Shown here piece after piece: positions 35,151-43,415 of a stretch of DNA of 54,505 bases (positions within the stretch are counted from its first letter, which is position 1; each line of letters begins with the position of its first letter). Origin of the DNA: a virus; IMG/VR virus record IMGVR_UViG_3300006169_000038, positions 1 to 54,505 of that record; one strand, 5' to 3'. The notes under the pieces are model-generated. The model had not been told where the DNA came from. It worked only from the letters and a program-made list of their open reading frames with translations, and did not search any database. A program made the translations under genes and the position numbers.

Positions 35151-36127
35151 GTCACGCGGCCACCAAGTGGGCATGGGACCAGCTCGACCTTGCCGGCTCC
35201 GAAAAGCTGGTACTGGTTCGCCTTGCTGACCATGCCGAGCCCGACGGCACTTCGATACATCCCGGCATGGACTCGCTGATAGCCTATACCGGCTTGAGCG
35301 AACGGCAGATTCGCCGGTATATCCAGGGCTTCCTCGACCGTGGATTGATCGCTTACGAGTCGAACGAAAAGGGCGGCCGGGGCAAGATTCCGACGTTCTA
35401 CATCCCTGCCGTAAAGGCGGACGCCGACGACCGCCTTTCGGACCACAAAAGGCGGACACCCACGTCCCCCAAAAAATCGAAAAGGCGGACACCCACGTCA
35501 CAAAAGGCGGACACCCATGACCGGACTCTTAAGGAGGACCCGTCATTAACCGTCATTACACAAGTGGCCGACGAAAAATCCGAGCCGGTTCCGTCCGAGA
35601 AAAATAACCTCGTCCATGTAGCCGCTCCAGCACCCGAGAAACAGCCCAACCACAAGCGCCCGGAACATGGCCCCGCGCAGCGGATCATGGCCGCGTTTTG
35701 TGATGCCGTCGGCATCGACCGATTGCCGGACTACAAGATGGCCGGCGGGCAGGCGCAAAACCTGGTGAAGGCCGGCGTCACAGCCGAGGACATTCCCGAC
35801 ATGGTGGCGTGGTGCTTCGAGCAATCCTGGATGAACGGCGGCATCGACCTCGGGACGTTGTACCGGCACATGGTCAAGTGGCGCACCGATCGTGCGGGCC
35901 GTCAGCGGAAGCCGACTGGCCCGGCGGGTGTCGAGTTATTGCCCGGCGAGGTGGCGCACGACCTGAGCGGCGGCAAGTGGGAACTGGTGGGCGTCGATGG
36001 CTACAAGCGCCTGATCGACCCCCGGTACAACGGCGTGGTCTACGACGAGCGCACGGACCGGCTCGACCTGCCGGCGTTCTATGCCCGTGTCCGAGCGGCC
36101 GGGCCGAAGCAGGAGGAAGCAGCGTGA
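35147..36127 (+). CDS. Replication initiator with an N-terminal winged-helix domain; iterons lie inside the gene
   Basis: ATKWAWDQLDLAGSEKLVLVRLADHAEPDG...LSERQIRRYIQGFLDRGLI; located upstream of DnaB. Confidence 0.7.
   Translation: MSHAATKWAWDQLDLAGSEKLVLVRLADHAEPDGTSIHPGMDSLIAYTGLSERQIRRYIQGFLDRGLIAYESNEKGGRGKIPTFYIPAVKADADDRLSDHKRRTPTSPKKSKRRTPTSQKADTHDRTLKEDPSLTVITQVADEKSEPVPSEKNNLVHVAAPAPEKQPNHKRPEHGPAQRIMAAFCDAVGIDRLPDYKMAGGQAQNLVKAGVTAEDIPDMVAWCFEQSWMNGGIDLGTLYRHMVKWRTDRAGRQRKPTGPAGVELLPGEVAHDLSGGKWELVGVDGYKRLIDPRYNGVVYDERTDRLDLPAFYARVRAAGPKQEEAA
35413..35521 (+). repeat. Iterons; putative origin of replication
   Basis: AAAAGGCGGACACCCA(C/T)G(T/A)C at 35447, 35480 and 35502. A partial copy plus inverted copy lies at 35413-35438 (AAAGGCGG...CCGCCTTT), with an A-tract between. 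Confidence 0.7.
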
Positions 36128-37491
36128 GCATGAACGAGATGACCGCGGAAGCGGCCGAGAAGTCCCTGATCGGCGCGCTGGTCTGGGACCGGGACGCGAT
36201 CGCGTCCGTGGCCGAGCGCATCACCGTCGATGCGTTCCTGACCCCGAAATGGCGCGCGATCTATGCCGCGGTCGAGCGGTGCTGGGAGAAGCGCATCCCG
36301 CCCGACATCATGACCGTCCATGCGGAACTGGCGAATGATCCGCTGTACGCCGGCGACGACTGGCCGGCCGGCGCGCTCGACCTGACCGCGGCGATCCAGC
36401 ACGTCAACGATACCGGCTGGTTCACCCACGCCCCGCACTACGCCGACATGGTAGTGGGGTTCGCCCGGAAGCGGGCCCTGAGTGATGCCGGCGCGCGGAT
36501 CGTGCAGTTGGCGCACGACGGCGGTGATCTGGACGCCGGCGCGGCGATGCACGAGGTGCTGTCCGGCCTCGATCGGTTCGGCGCCACAGCCGAGCGGACC
36601 GGGCCACGCTCGTACGACGACCTGATCCCGGAGTATCAGGACCGGATCATGCGGATGCGGTCGGGCGAGATCCCGAACCGGGTGACGGCGACCGGGTTCC
36701 GGGGTGTTGATCGCAAGCTGGCCGGCGGGTTCTATCCCGGCGAACTGGTGATCCTTGCCGCCCGGCCTTCGATGGGCAAGACGGCCTACGCCCTCCAGAC
36801 CGCGCACAACGTCGCCAAGCGCGGCCAGGCAGTGATCGTGTTCAGCGCCGAAATGAGCAAGGAGGCGTTGCTCAAACGGGCGGTCTCCGAGCGCAACGGG
36901 CAGCCGGCCGACCGCAGTGAATACGACTTCACACCGCAGCAGTTCGACACGTTCCTGCAAACCCTGGAGGCGCTCCGGGCCCTCCCGGTCAGCATTGACG
37001 ACACGCCGGGCATCACCACCGCGCAAATGCAGGTCCGCATCCAGGCGGCACAACGCCGCGGCCCGGTAGGCCTCGTGGTGTTCGACTACATCGAGCTTGC
37101 CGGCGACCAGGTGAAAAGCGATTCCGAGGAACGCCGGATCGACGGCATCGTGAAGGCGCTGAAACGGATTGCCCGCGTCTGTGACGTGCCGGTGATGGCG
37201 CTCTGCCAACTCAATCGCCAGGTGGAAAGCCGCCACAACAAACGGCCGCAACTGGCTGACCTCCGCTTCTCGGGATCGCTCGAGCAGGACGCCGACAAGG
37301 TGCTGTTCCTGTACCGGCACGACTACTACGTGCAGATGCAATCGGCAACACCGGAACCCGGAACCGAAGGCACGGCGGAAGTGATCGTGGGGAAGCACCG
37401 GAACGGGGCGACCGGGCCGGTGGTGCTGCACTTCACACCGGAAACGATGAAGTTCCACGACATCGACATGACCCTGCGAGGTGCTGCATGA
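36124..37491 (+). CDS. dnaB: DnaB-family replicative helicase
   Basis: AEKSLIGALVWD...GELVILAARPSMGKTAYAL...DYIELAG...LCQLNRQVE. Confidence 0.9.
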   Translation: MSMNEMTAEAAEKSLIGALVWDRDAIASVAERITVDAFLTPKWRAIYAAVERCWEKRIPPDIMTVHAELANDPLYAGDDWPAGALDLTAAIQHVNDTGWFTHAPHYADMVVGFARKRALSDAGARIVQLAHDGGDLDAGAAMHEVLSGLDRFGATAERTGPRSYDDLIPEYQDRIMRMRSGEIPNRVTATGFRGVDRKLAGGFYPGELVILAARPSMGKTAYALQTAHNVAKRGQAVIVFSAEMSKEALLKRAVSERNGQPADRSEYDFTPQQFDTFLQTLEALRALPVSIDDTPGITTAQMQVRIQAAQRRGPVGLVVFDYIELAGDQVKSDSEERRIDGIVKALKRIARVCDVPVMALCQLNRQVESRHNKRPQLADLRFSGSLEQDADKVLFLYRHDYYVQMQSATPEPGTEGTAEVIVGKHRNGATGPVVLHFTPETMKFHDIDMTLRGAA

Positions 37492-37697
37492 GCCACAAGC
37501 GTCAGGCAGAGCGCAAGCACCTTCGCTGCCAAGCCATCGTCTCAACCGAGGTTTCCTACCGGCAGCAATGCAACAAGGTGGCTACGGGTCACGTCCGGCT
37601 ACCGGCCAAAGCGTTTGTGTGTGCCGAGCATCGACGGCTGTGGAAGGTCGCGCCTAGTGCGATGGCTTTTGCCCATGAAACGGAGCGTGCGGCATGA
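37488..37697 (+). CDS. Small Cys-containing protein
   Basis: 69 aa; ATGA overlap. Confidence 0.45.
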   Translation: MSHKRQAERKHLRCQAIVSTEVSYRQQCNKVATGHVRLPAKAFVCAEHRRLWKVAPSAMAFAHETERAA

Positions 37698-38059
37698 ACC
37701 CGTTTTCCGAGATCGAACTGGACCTGATCACCGGCTTCGCCCTCGTCATCGCCTACGGCATCACGATCTGGGGCGGCGTGATGTGCGCCGTGATCGTGCT
37801 CCGGCACGCGCTGGAATGGATCGACCGCCGGTTCCCCGATCCGGAGCCCGAGCCGACCCCGGTCACCGGCACGCGGCGGCGGGAAGCCGGGACCACAACC
37901 ACCACGGCGCGGGTGTCGCTCTACATCGTGCCACCCGCGCCGCACCGGCCGTGGGTGGAGGAGGCGGATTACGACCTGCTGGAGATCGTCGACCCGAAGC
38001 GCGAGGGGTTGCGCTGCCCGCAAGGCTTGCGGGTGATTCATCGGGGAGGGGCGAAGTGA
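37694..38059 (+). CDS. Small N-terminally membrane-anchored protein, paralogue A
   Basis: IELDLITGFALVIAYGITIWGGVMCAVIVL...PHRPWVEEADYDLLEIVDPKREGLRCPQGLRVIHRGGAK; paralogue of 39638..40009. Confidence 0.65.
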   Translation: MNPFSEIELDLITGFALVIAYGITIWGGVMCAVIVLRHALEWIDRRFPDPEPEPTPVTGTRRREAGTTTTTARVSLYIVPPAPHRPWVEEADYDLLEIVDPKREGLRCPQGLRVIHRGGAK

Positions 38060-39249
38060 TGATTACCCATCTCGATCTCTTCGCAGGCATCGGCGGCTTC
38101 TCCCGCGCCGTTCACTGGCTCGGCGGGACCACCGTGGGCTTCGTCGAATGGGATAGCTGGAATCGCCGGGTGTTGGCGAAGCACTGGCCGGAGGCACGCT
38201 TTCATGGGGACATCCGAACCTTCACAGCCGCCACTCTTCGAGACTGGGGAATCACCGCGCCCGGCGTCAGCCAGGCTGACGCCGGGCGCTCACGAGGACC
38301 GGGCGGAGAAGTACACGCCGGAGACGAGCTACCGGCATTTCACGGAGGGCAGGCAAGTCCATCTGTCACAGGTGGTGCGGGACGATCGCATGTTGCCGTT
38401 GACCTCATCACCGGGGGGTACCCCTGCCAGCCATTCTCACTCGCCGGGCAGCGACTGGGCGCGGCGGATGACCGCCATCTCTGGCCGGAGATGCGCCGGG
38501 TGGTCAACCTTGTCCGGCCCCGTTGGGTCCTGGCTGAAAACGTTGCTGGGCACATCACGATGGGCCTCGACACTGTTCTGGCTGAGCTGGAAGCGGACGG
38601 CTACGCCTGCGGGGCGGTCGTTGTACCGGCTTGTGCCGTCAACGCCCTCCACCGGCGCGACCGGGTTTGGATCATGGCCCACGCCGGACAAGGGGATGGC
38701 GGACGGTGGCCGAGTATTGCCGGAAGGGACGACGCCAACGGGCAAGACCCCGGACGGCCGGAAGGTGCAGGTGGGCCTGACGAACGCGGTTCGTTCGTGG
38801 CCGACGCCGAGGCACGAGGGGTTCGACGCGGGCGCGCACCGGGGAACGACGGACAGCCTGCACAGCGCGGTGAAGGCGTGGGCGACGCCATGCGCGACCG
38901 AAGCCCGGCAGGGCTGGCAGGATCGCACTCGGGGGAAGAAAGGCGTGCAGGAATCGCTGTCTACGCAGGTGGCGAAGCCGACACACGATACCGCGCCAAA
39001 CCTCAAACTCCATGGCCGCTGGACGCTTCAACTCATGGGCTTTCCGCCGGACTGGTGCGACGACCTGCCGCCGGACCCGCTGAGCCCGACCTGATCCGGG
39101 CCGCGTGGGCGGACGGATCATGGGAAGCCGGCCTGCCCCGCGTGGTGACCGAGGAACCGGAACGCCGCCAGAAGCTCCAGGCGGCCGGGAACGCGATCGT
39201 GCCCCTCGTCGCCTACGAAATCCTGCGCGTGATGATGGAGGTGGCGTGA
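38059..39249 (+). CDS. C5-cytosine DNA methyltransferase with coding signal split between two reading frames (possible pseudogene, recoded gene or local indel errors)
   Basis: In the open frame: DLFAGIGGF, GGYPCQPFS, ENV, HRRDRVWI, GNAIVP. In the +1 frame: WPTP modules and LMGFPPDWCD. GC3 switches between frames. Confidence 0.8.
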   Translation: MITHLDLFAGIGGFSRAVHWLGGTTVGFVEWDSWNRRVLAKHWPEARFHGDIRTFTAATLRDWGITAPGVSQADAGRSRGPGGEVHAGDELPAFHGGQASPSVTGGAGRSHVAVDLITGGYPCQPFSLAGQRLGAADDRHLWPEMRRVVNLVRPRWVLAENVAGHITMGLDTVLAELEADGYACGAVVVPACAVNALHRRDRVWIMAHAGQGDGGRWPSIAGRDDANGQDPGRPEGAGGPDERGSFVADAEARGVRRGRAPGNDGQPAQRGEGVGDAMRDRSPAGLAGSHSGEERRAGIAVYAGGEADTRYRAKPQTPWPLDASTHGLSAGLVRRPAAGPAEPDLIRAAWADGSWEAGLPRVVTEEPERRQKLQAAGNAIVPLVAYEILRVMMEVA

Positions 39250-39641
39250 TGGACCGCACCGCTTCCGCCCTCACCGCCACCTTCACCCGGATGCAGCCCG
39301 CCGAGGGCCGGCGCGCCTTGGAGCCGTGGGAAGCAGACTCACTGGAGGACGTGCTGGACGCCGCCGCCGCGTGGGACGCCGGCCAACTCGACCTCAACAC
39401 CGCCGCCAAGACCGGCGTGATCGAGTACGAGGGCCGGCCCTCCCCGAGATATAGCCGTTTCATCGCCCTGACGATCACGCCCCGCGACGATCCCCGCTGG
39501 CACGCGCTCGACCGGCTGATCTGCACGATCGTCGGCAAGCAAATGATCGTCACCACCCAGGGCGTCTACGACTCGGCCGATCTCCACATCCACGACCAGG
39601 CGCGGGCCTGGATCGCCAACCACGAAAGGGCGGCAGCATGA
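39249..39641 (+). CDS. Hypothetical protein
   Basis: 130 aa; its start overlaps the methyltransferase stop. Confidence 0.5.
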   Translation: MDRTASALTATFTRMQPAEGRRALEPWEADSLEDVLDAAAAWDAGQLDLNTAAKTGVIEYEGRPSPRYSRFIALTITPRDDPRWHALDRLICTIVGKQMIVTTQGVYDSADLHIHDQARAWIANHERAAA

Positions 39642-40009
39642 GCGCCATCGAACTGGACCTGATCACCGGATTCGCCCTCGTCGTCGCCTACCTGCTCACG
39701 TTCGGGACGGTGCTGTACGGCGCCGGCCTGCTCACCTGGCACGCGCTGGAGTGGATCGAGGCATGGCGGGAACGGCGGCGGATGGCCCGCCTGCCCGCGC
39801 CGACCCCGATCACCGTCACGCAGCGGCGGGCGGGTGGCACCGTCACGACCACGGCGCGGGTGCGCCACCTCGTGATCGTGCCCGAGTCGCCGCACCGGCC
39901 GTGGGTGGAGGAGGCGGACATGGACCTGCTGGAGGTGGTCGACCCGAAGCGCGAGGGGCTGCGCTGCCCGCAGGGGCTACGGGTGATTCACCGGGGAGGG
40001 GCGAAGTGA
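39638..40009 (+). CDS. Small N-terminally membrane-anchored protein, paralogue B
   Basis: IELDLITGFALVVAYLLTFGTVLYGAGLL...PHRPWVEEADMDLLEVVDPKREGLRCPQGLRVIHRGGAK. Confidence 0.65.
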   Translation: MSAIELDLITGFALVVAYLLTFGTVLYGAGLLTWHALEWIEAWRERRRMARLPAPTPITVTQRRAGGTVTTTARVRHLVIVPESPHRPWVEEADMDLLEVVDPKREGLRCPQGLRVIHRGGAK

Positions 40010-40446
40010 TGCTCCGCCTGCAACCCATCACCTACCCGGAGGCGTGCGCGTTCATCGCTGAGCATCATCGGCACCATCTCCCTCCACAGGGCTGGAAGTG
40101 GGGAATCGCGGTCAACGATGGCGCGAAGGTGGTCGGCGTGATCACCGTGGGCCGGCCAGTTGCTCGGATGCTCGATGACGGGTGGACGCTGGAAGTCACC
40201 CGATGCTGCACCGATGGCACGAAGAACGCCGCCTCGATGCTCTACGGAGCTGCATGGCGGGCGGCCAAGGCCCTCGGCTATCAGCGGATGATCACGTACA
40301 CGCTGGTGGAGGAACCAGGAACAACATTGCGAGCGGCTGGCTGGAAGGAACTGTACACGAGTGCGGGTGGCAGTTGGTCGCGACCATCACGCCCGGAAGT
40401 GGACAAGCATCCACTCGGCCAGAAGCGACTTTGGGAGGCGGCATGA
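40009..40446 (+). CDS. GNAT-fold-like phage protein; from memory it resembles the XF1762 / Mom-related acyltransferase-like family
   Basis: ACAFIAEHHRHHLPPQGWKWGIAV...VVGVITVGRPVARMLDDGWTLEVTRCCTDGTKNAASMLYGAAWRAAKALGYQRMITYT...TLRAAGW. Confidence 0.45.
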   Translation: MLRLQPITYPEACAFIAEHHRHHLPPQGWKWGIAVNDGAKVVGVITVGRPVARMLDDGWTLEVTRCCTDGTKNAASMLYGAAWRAAKALGYQRMITYTLVEEPGTTLRAAGWKELYTSAGGSWSRPSRPEVDKHPLGQKRLWEAA

Positions 40447-40748
40447 TGACCACGATCACGCACGTGCCGGATGCCTACGATTCTGACGCTTGGATTTGGG
40501 GTGTCGAACTCAAATGCAATGCCTGCAAAACACGGTGGAAGCTCTCGCGGTTTGACAAGCCGGCAAGCTTCTGGCGGTGGTTCACTGGCATCCTGCCGAA
40601 ACCGCGAGCCGAGGTGATGGGACCGGGCGTCATCACCACGTCTACCTACATCGTCAAGGATTACCCGGCTGAGTCCGGTATTTCCGGGACTCACCTCACG
40701 ACACGATGCCCGCACTGCGGTGCGTATCACCTGGAGCGAAAACCATGA
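40443..40748 (+). CDS. Hypothetical zinc-ribbon protein (lower-GC segment)
   Basis: CNACK...CPHCG. Confidence 0.5.
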   Translation: MMTTITHVPDAYDSDAWIWGVELKCNACKTRWKLSRFDKPASFWRWFTGILPKPRAEVMGPGVITTSTYIVKDYPAESGISGTHLTTRCPHCGAYHLERKP

Positions 40749-41098
40749 TCACTCAGGAAAGCAAAAGGTTCCACGAACTCTCGCAATATGGCAAGTACAA
40801 CGACGCTTACCGCGCGCAATGGCGAGAGCTCGCACGCGGTGGTGGTGAGCGACGCGTGTACTTCAAGCGTGGGCGCGTGATTTGGACGCCACGAGGCATC
40901 TTGCGACTGTTGCGTGGCAATGGGTGGAATGCGCGGTGGGCATCCAATCCCGGATTGAACCACCGGGCAGCGGTATACCGATCGTTTGGCCCGGTCATTA
41001 TCAGCCGAACAGCGACGCGATGGAGCGATGGCATGGGCGATGAGTCTGTGTTGTTTCCCAATGCTCCCGCCAACGGGAAGCGTGGGGTGCGGCTGTGA
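40745..41098 (+). CDS. Hypothetical protein (lower-GC segment)
   Basis: 117 aa; ATGA overlap. Confidence 0.5.
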   Translation: MITQESKRFHELSQYGKYNDAYRAQWRELARGGGERRVYFKRGRVIWTPRGILRLLRGNGWNARWASNPGLNHRAAVYRSFGPVIISRTATRWSDGMGDESVLFPNAPANGKRGVRL

Positions 41099-41601
41099 CC
41101 ACAACCGCCACCTACACCGTGACCACGACGCCATTCGGCCTGGCGCTCCGCACCTTCCGCGAGGCGCGGCGGCTCTCGCAGACCAGGCTCGCGCTACGGG
41201 CAGGTGTCGAGCATAGCTACGTCTCAAGGCTCGAGGGTGGCACGCGCAACCCCAGCCGAGATGCCGTGCAGACGCTTGCCGCCGCGCTCAACCTCGACGC
41301 CGCCGAACGGGACGAGTTGGTGCTGGCCGCCGGCTACATGCCCGACGATCCTGACAGCCTGCTCCGCGACGAACCGGAGGTGGTGGAGGTTCTGGCGCTG
41401 CTGAGGGATGCGGCAATCCCGGCAGAGTACCGCGAGTCGATCCGGCATGTGCTGCGGATGCTGGCCGGGCAGGCGAGGATGTACGCCGCCGTAATGCCAG
41501 GATCGCCGGAGCGCGCGGAACGCGGCGAAAACGGGTCGGGAGCCGTACGGACGGTACTGACACCGGCACAGGGCGAATCAGCGCGAAAGGCGGCGGCGTG
41601 A
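41095..41601 (+). CDS. XRE-family helix-turn-helix regulator
   Basis: LRTFREARRLSQTRLALRAGVEHSYVSRLEGGTRNPSRDAV. Confidence 0.7.
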   Translation: MTTTATYTVTTTPFGLALRTFREARRLSQTRLALRAGVEHSYVSRLEGGTRNPSRDAVQTLAAALNLDAAERDELVLAAGYMPDDPDSLLRDEPEVVEVLALLRDAAIPAEYRESIRHVLRMLAGQARMYAAVMPGSPERAERGENGSGAVRTVLTPAQGESARKAAA

Positions 41602-41951
41602 GCAAGGTGATCCGGCCCAAAGGCCGAAAACGGTTCCCGGAAGGCGTCGCCATTGGCATCTGCTCTTTGTGCGAAAGGCCGGATGCGACCTTCGGCCAAC
41701 AGTACGTGGGGGGTATTCGGTGGTGTCGGGAGTGCATCAAGCACTCGCTGGGCTGGGTTCAGTTCTCTCCCGAGGATCGCGTCAAGGTGATGGGGATGAT
41801 GGACGAATGCGCGTCTGCGGATGGCTCGCTGTTGCGAGAGTGTCAGGCGTTCCCGCCAGAGCACTGGCACAACTATGCGATCGGTGAATCACGGCGAAGG
41901 CTGATGGATGCCGACATGAAGGATGCAGGCGGGAAGGGGATCATGCCATGA
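41598..41951 (+). CDS. Cys-rich hypothetical protein
   Basis: CSLCERP...CRECIKH. Confidence 0.5.
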   Translation: MSKVIRPKGRKRFPEGVAIGICSLCERPDATFGQQYVGGIRWCRECIKHSLGWVQFSPEDRVKVMGMMDECASADGSLLRECQAFPPEHWHNYAIGESRRRLMDADMKDAGGKGIMP

Positions 41952-42478
41952 CTGAACGTACCGGCGTACGGACACCTGCTACAATGGACATCACAACCCA
42001 CGAGAATGGGCCGGCCAGCGTTGGAGCGCTGCCGACCCGTGACACCACGGAGGAGACCGTGATGCCTCACAATCCTACCCGCATTGCCGGGAATCCCTCA
42101 ACCACCCCCAGCACAACCAAAGTCATTCACGTCAAGGACATGCCGAACTACCCCGACGCCGTATATATCGGGCGGGCGATGCCGAGGCAAGGGCTCAAGG
42201 GGAGTCCTTTCGGCAACCCGTTCAAGTCGCCCCGCGATGCGGATCCGATCGGCAAGTTCCACGAATACATCACCAACGGGACTGGTCGTCACCTTCTGGC
42301 CCGGCTTCCCGAGTTGCGCGGCAAGCCATTGGCGTGTTGGTGCGTACGCGACAGCGACCCTCCCTTTGGTGACGAGGACGATTGGCGCTGCCACGGCGAT
42401 GTGTTGATGGACCTGCTCAACGACTACAGCGACGACGAGCTGATGTACCTGGCAGTGTCCGACGAGGTGTTGCCATGA
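41948..42478 (+). CDS. DUF4326-domain protein
   Basis: VYIGRAMPRQGLKGSPFGNPF...GKPLACWC...CHGDVL. Confidence 0.65.
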   Translation: MTERTGVRTPATMDITTHENGPASVGALPTRDTTEETVMPHNPTRIAGNPSTTPSTTKVIHVKDMPNYPDAVYIGRAMPRQGLKGSPFGNPFKSPRDADPIGKFHEYITNGTGRHLLARLPELRGKPLACWCVRDSDPPFGDEDDWRCHGDVLMDLLNDYSDDELMYLAVSDEVLP

Positions 42479-42969
42479 CCACCCACCCCGTCGGTGCAAC
42501 CGTCCGCGTCCGTGATGGTGTCAGCAGCCGCCACGCTGGCAAGACCGGCGTCGTCGACCATCGCATCGAGGCGATCCCCGGCGATCCCCGGACGGTGCTG
42601 GTGCGCTTTGGCGATGCGACGGCGCTGTATACCGATGCCGACCTGGAGGGAGTGACCGCCCCGCCGAAGCGCGAACCGATGCTCCACGACGTCGATCGCG
42701 CCAACCCCAACCCGGCCCGCGCCTGGCACGCGGGCGAGCCGCCGGTCTGCCCCGAGTGCGGATGCGATGCGAGCTACGCCAAGTGGGAGCAACGGGACTA
42801 CGCGAAGGCGCTGCACCGGCAGAACGCGGCGCTGCGGGAACGGGTGGCGCGGTTGCGGGCGTGGGGTGAGTACTGGCATGGATGCGCCGATGCGTTCTAC
42901 TACGAGCGCGACGGTGATGCGCCAAAACTCCAACACGGCGACCTCGTGGGCGGGGAGGGGGACCAGTGA
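42475..42969 (+). CDS. Hypothetical protein
   Basis: ATGA overlap; 164 aa. Confidence 0.5.
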   Translation: MTTHPVGATVRVRDGVSSRHAGKTGVVDHRIEAIPGDPRTVLVRFGDATALYTDADLEGVTAPPKREPMLHDVDRANPNPARAWHAGEPPVCPECGCDASYAKWEQRDYAKALHRQNAALRERVARLRAWGEYWHGCADAFYYERDGDAPKLQHGDLVGGEGDQ

Positions 42970-43415
42970 AAGCCCTGACGATCCTCCAGCCGTGGGCCTC
43001 CCTGATTGCCGGCGGCGCCAAGCGTATCGAGACCCGATCCTGGTACACCCCGTACCGGGGACCAATCGCCATCCATGCCGGGAAGCGCCTGACGCCTGAC
43101 GTACGCGAGTGGCTGGCCGAAGATGACGAACTGGCGGTTGACCTGTGGATGGGTGGACTGGGCATGAGTGCCGATGCCTTGCCACTTGGGTGCGTCCTCG
43201 CCACAGCGACCCTCACGCATTGCGTCCGGTTCGAGCGCGGTGCCGCCGAGCGTATCCGTACCAGCGGCAAGTACCCCGAGCACGAAACGGCATACGGCGA
43301 TTTCGCGGCGGGACGGTTCGGCTGGGTGCTGGCGGACGTGGTGCCGCTGCCGGATCCGATCCCGGCACGGGGACAGCAAGGGCTCTGGGAATGGGAGGGA
43401 AACGCCGATGGGTAA
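42966..43415 (+). CDS. ASCH (PUA-like) domain protein
   Basis: LTILQPWASLIAGGAKRIETRSW...GPIAIHAG. Confidence 0.65.
   Translation: MKALTILQPWASLIAGGAKRIETRSWYTPYRGPIAIHAGKRLTPDVREWLAEDDELAVDLWMGGLGMSADALPLGCVLATATLTHCVRFERGAAERIRTSGKYPEHETAYGDFAAGRFGWVLADVVPLPDPIPARGQQGLWEWEGNADG

Noticed and set aside
35447-35521. Possible CRISPR-like repeat array
   Set aside because: There are only three 20-nt direct repeats with 13-nt and 2-nt gaps, inside a replication initiator gene. These are iterons, not repeat-spacer units, and no cas genes are present.
36079-37545. 488-aa ORF antisense to dnaB
   Set aside because: The DnaB motifs on the + strand are unambiguous. The antisense text is low complexity.
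37615-38058. Upstream extension of the methyltransferase ORF (544-aa version starting at 37615)
   Set aside because: The extension overlaps the well-formed paralogue A gene in another frame and reads as Arg/Gly/Pro filler. Motif I begins right after ATG 38059, which overlaps the paralogue's stop codon.
39060-39100. Programmed ribosomal frameshift at the f2 stop codon of the methyltransferase
   Set aside because: No slippery X_XXY_YYZ or re-pairing-compatible codons surround ACC UGA, so a mechanistic frameshift is not supported. I kept only the descriptive frame-mosaic observation.
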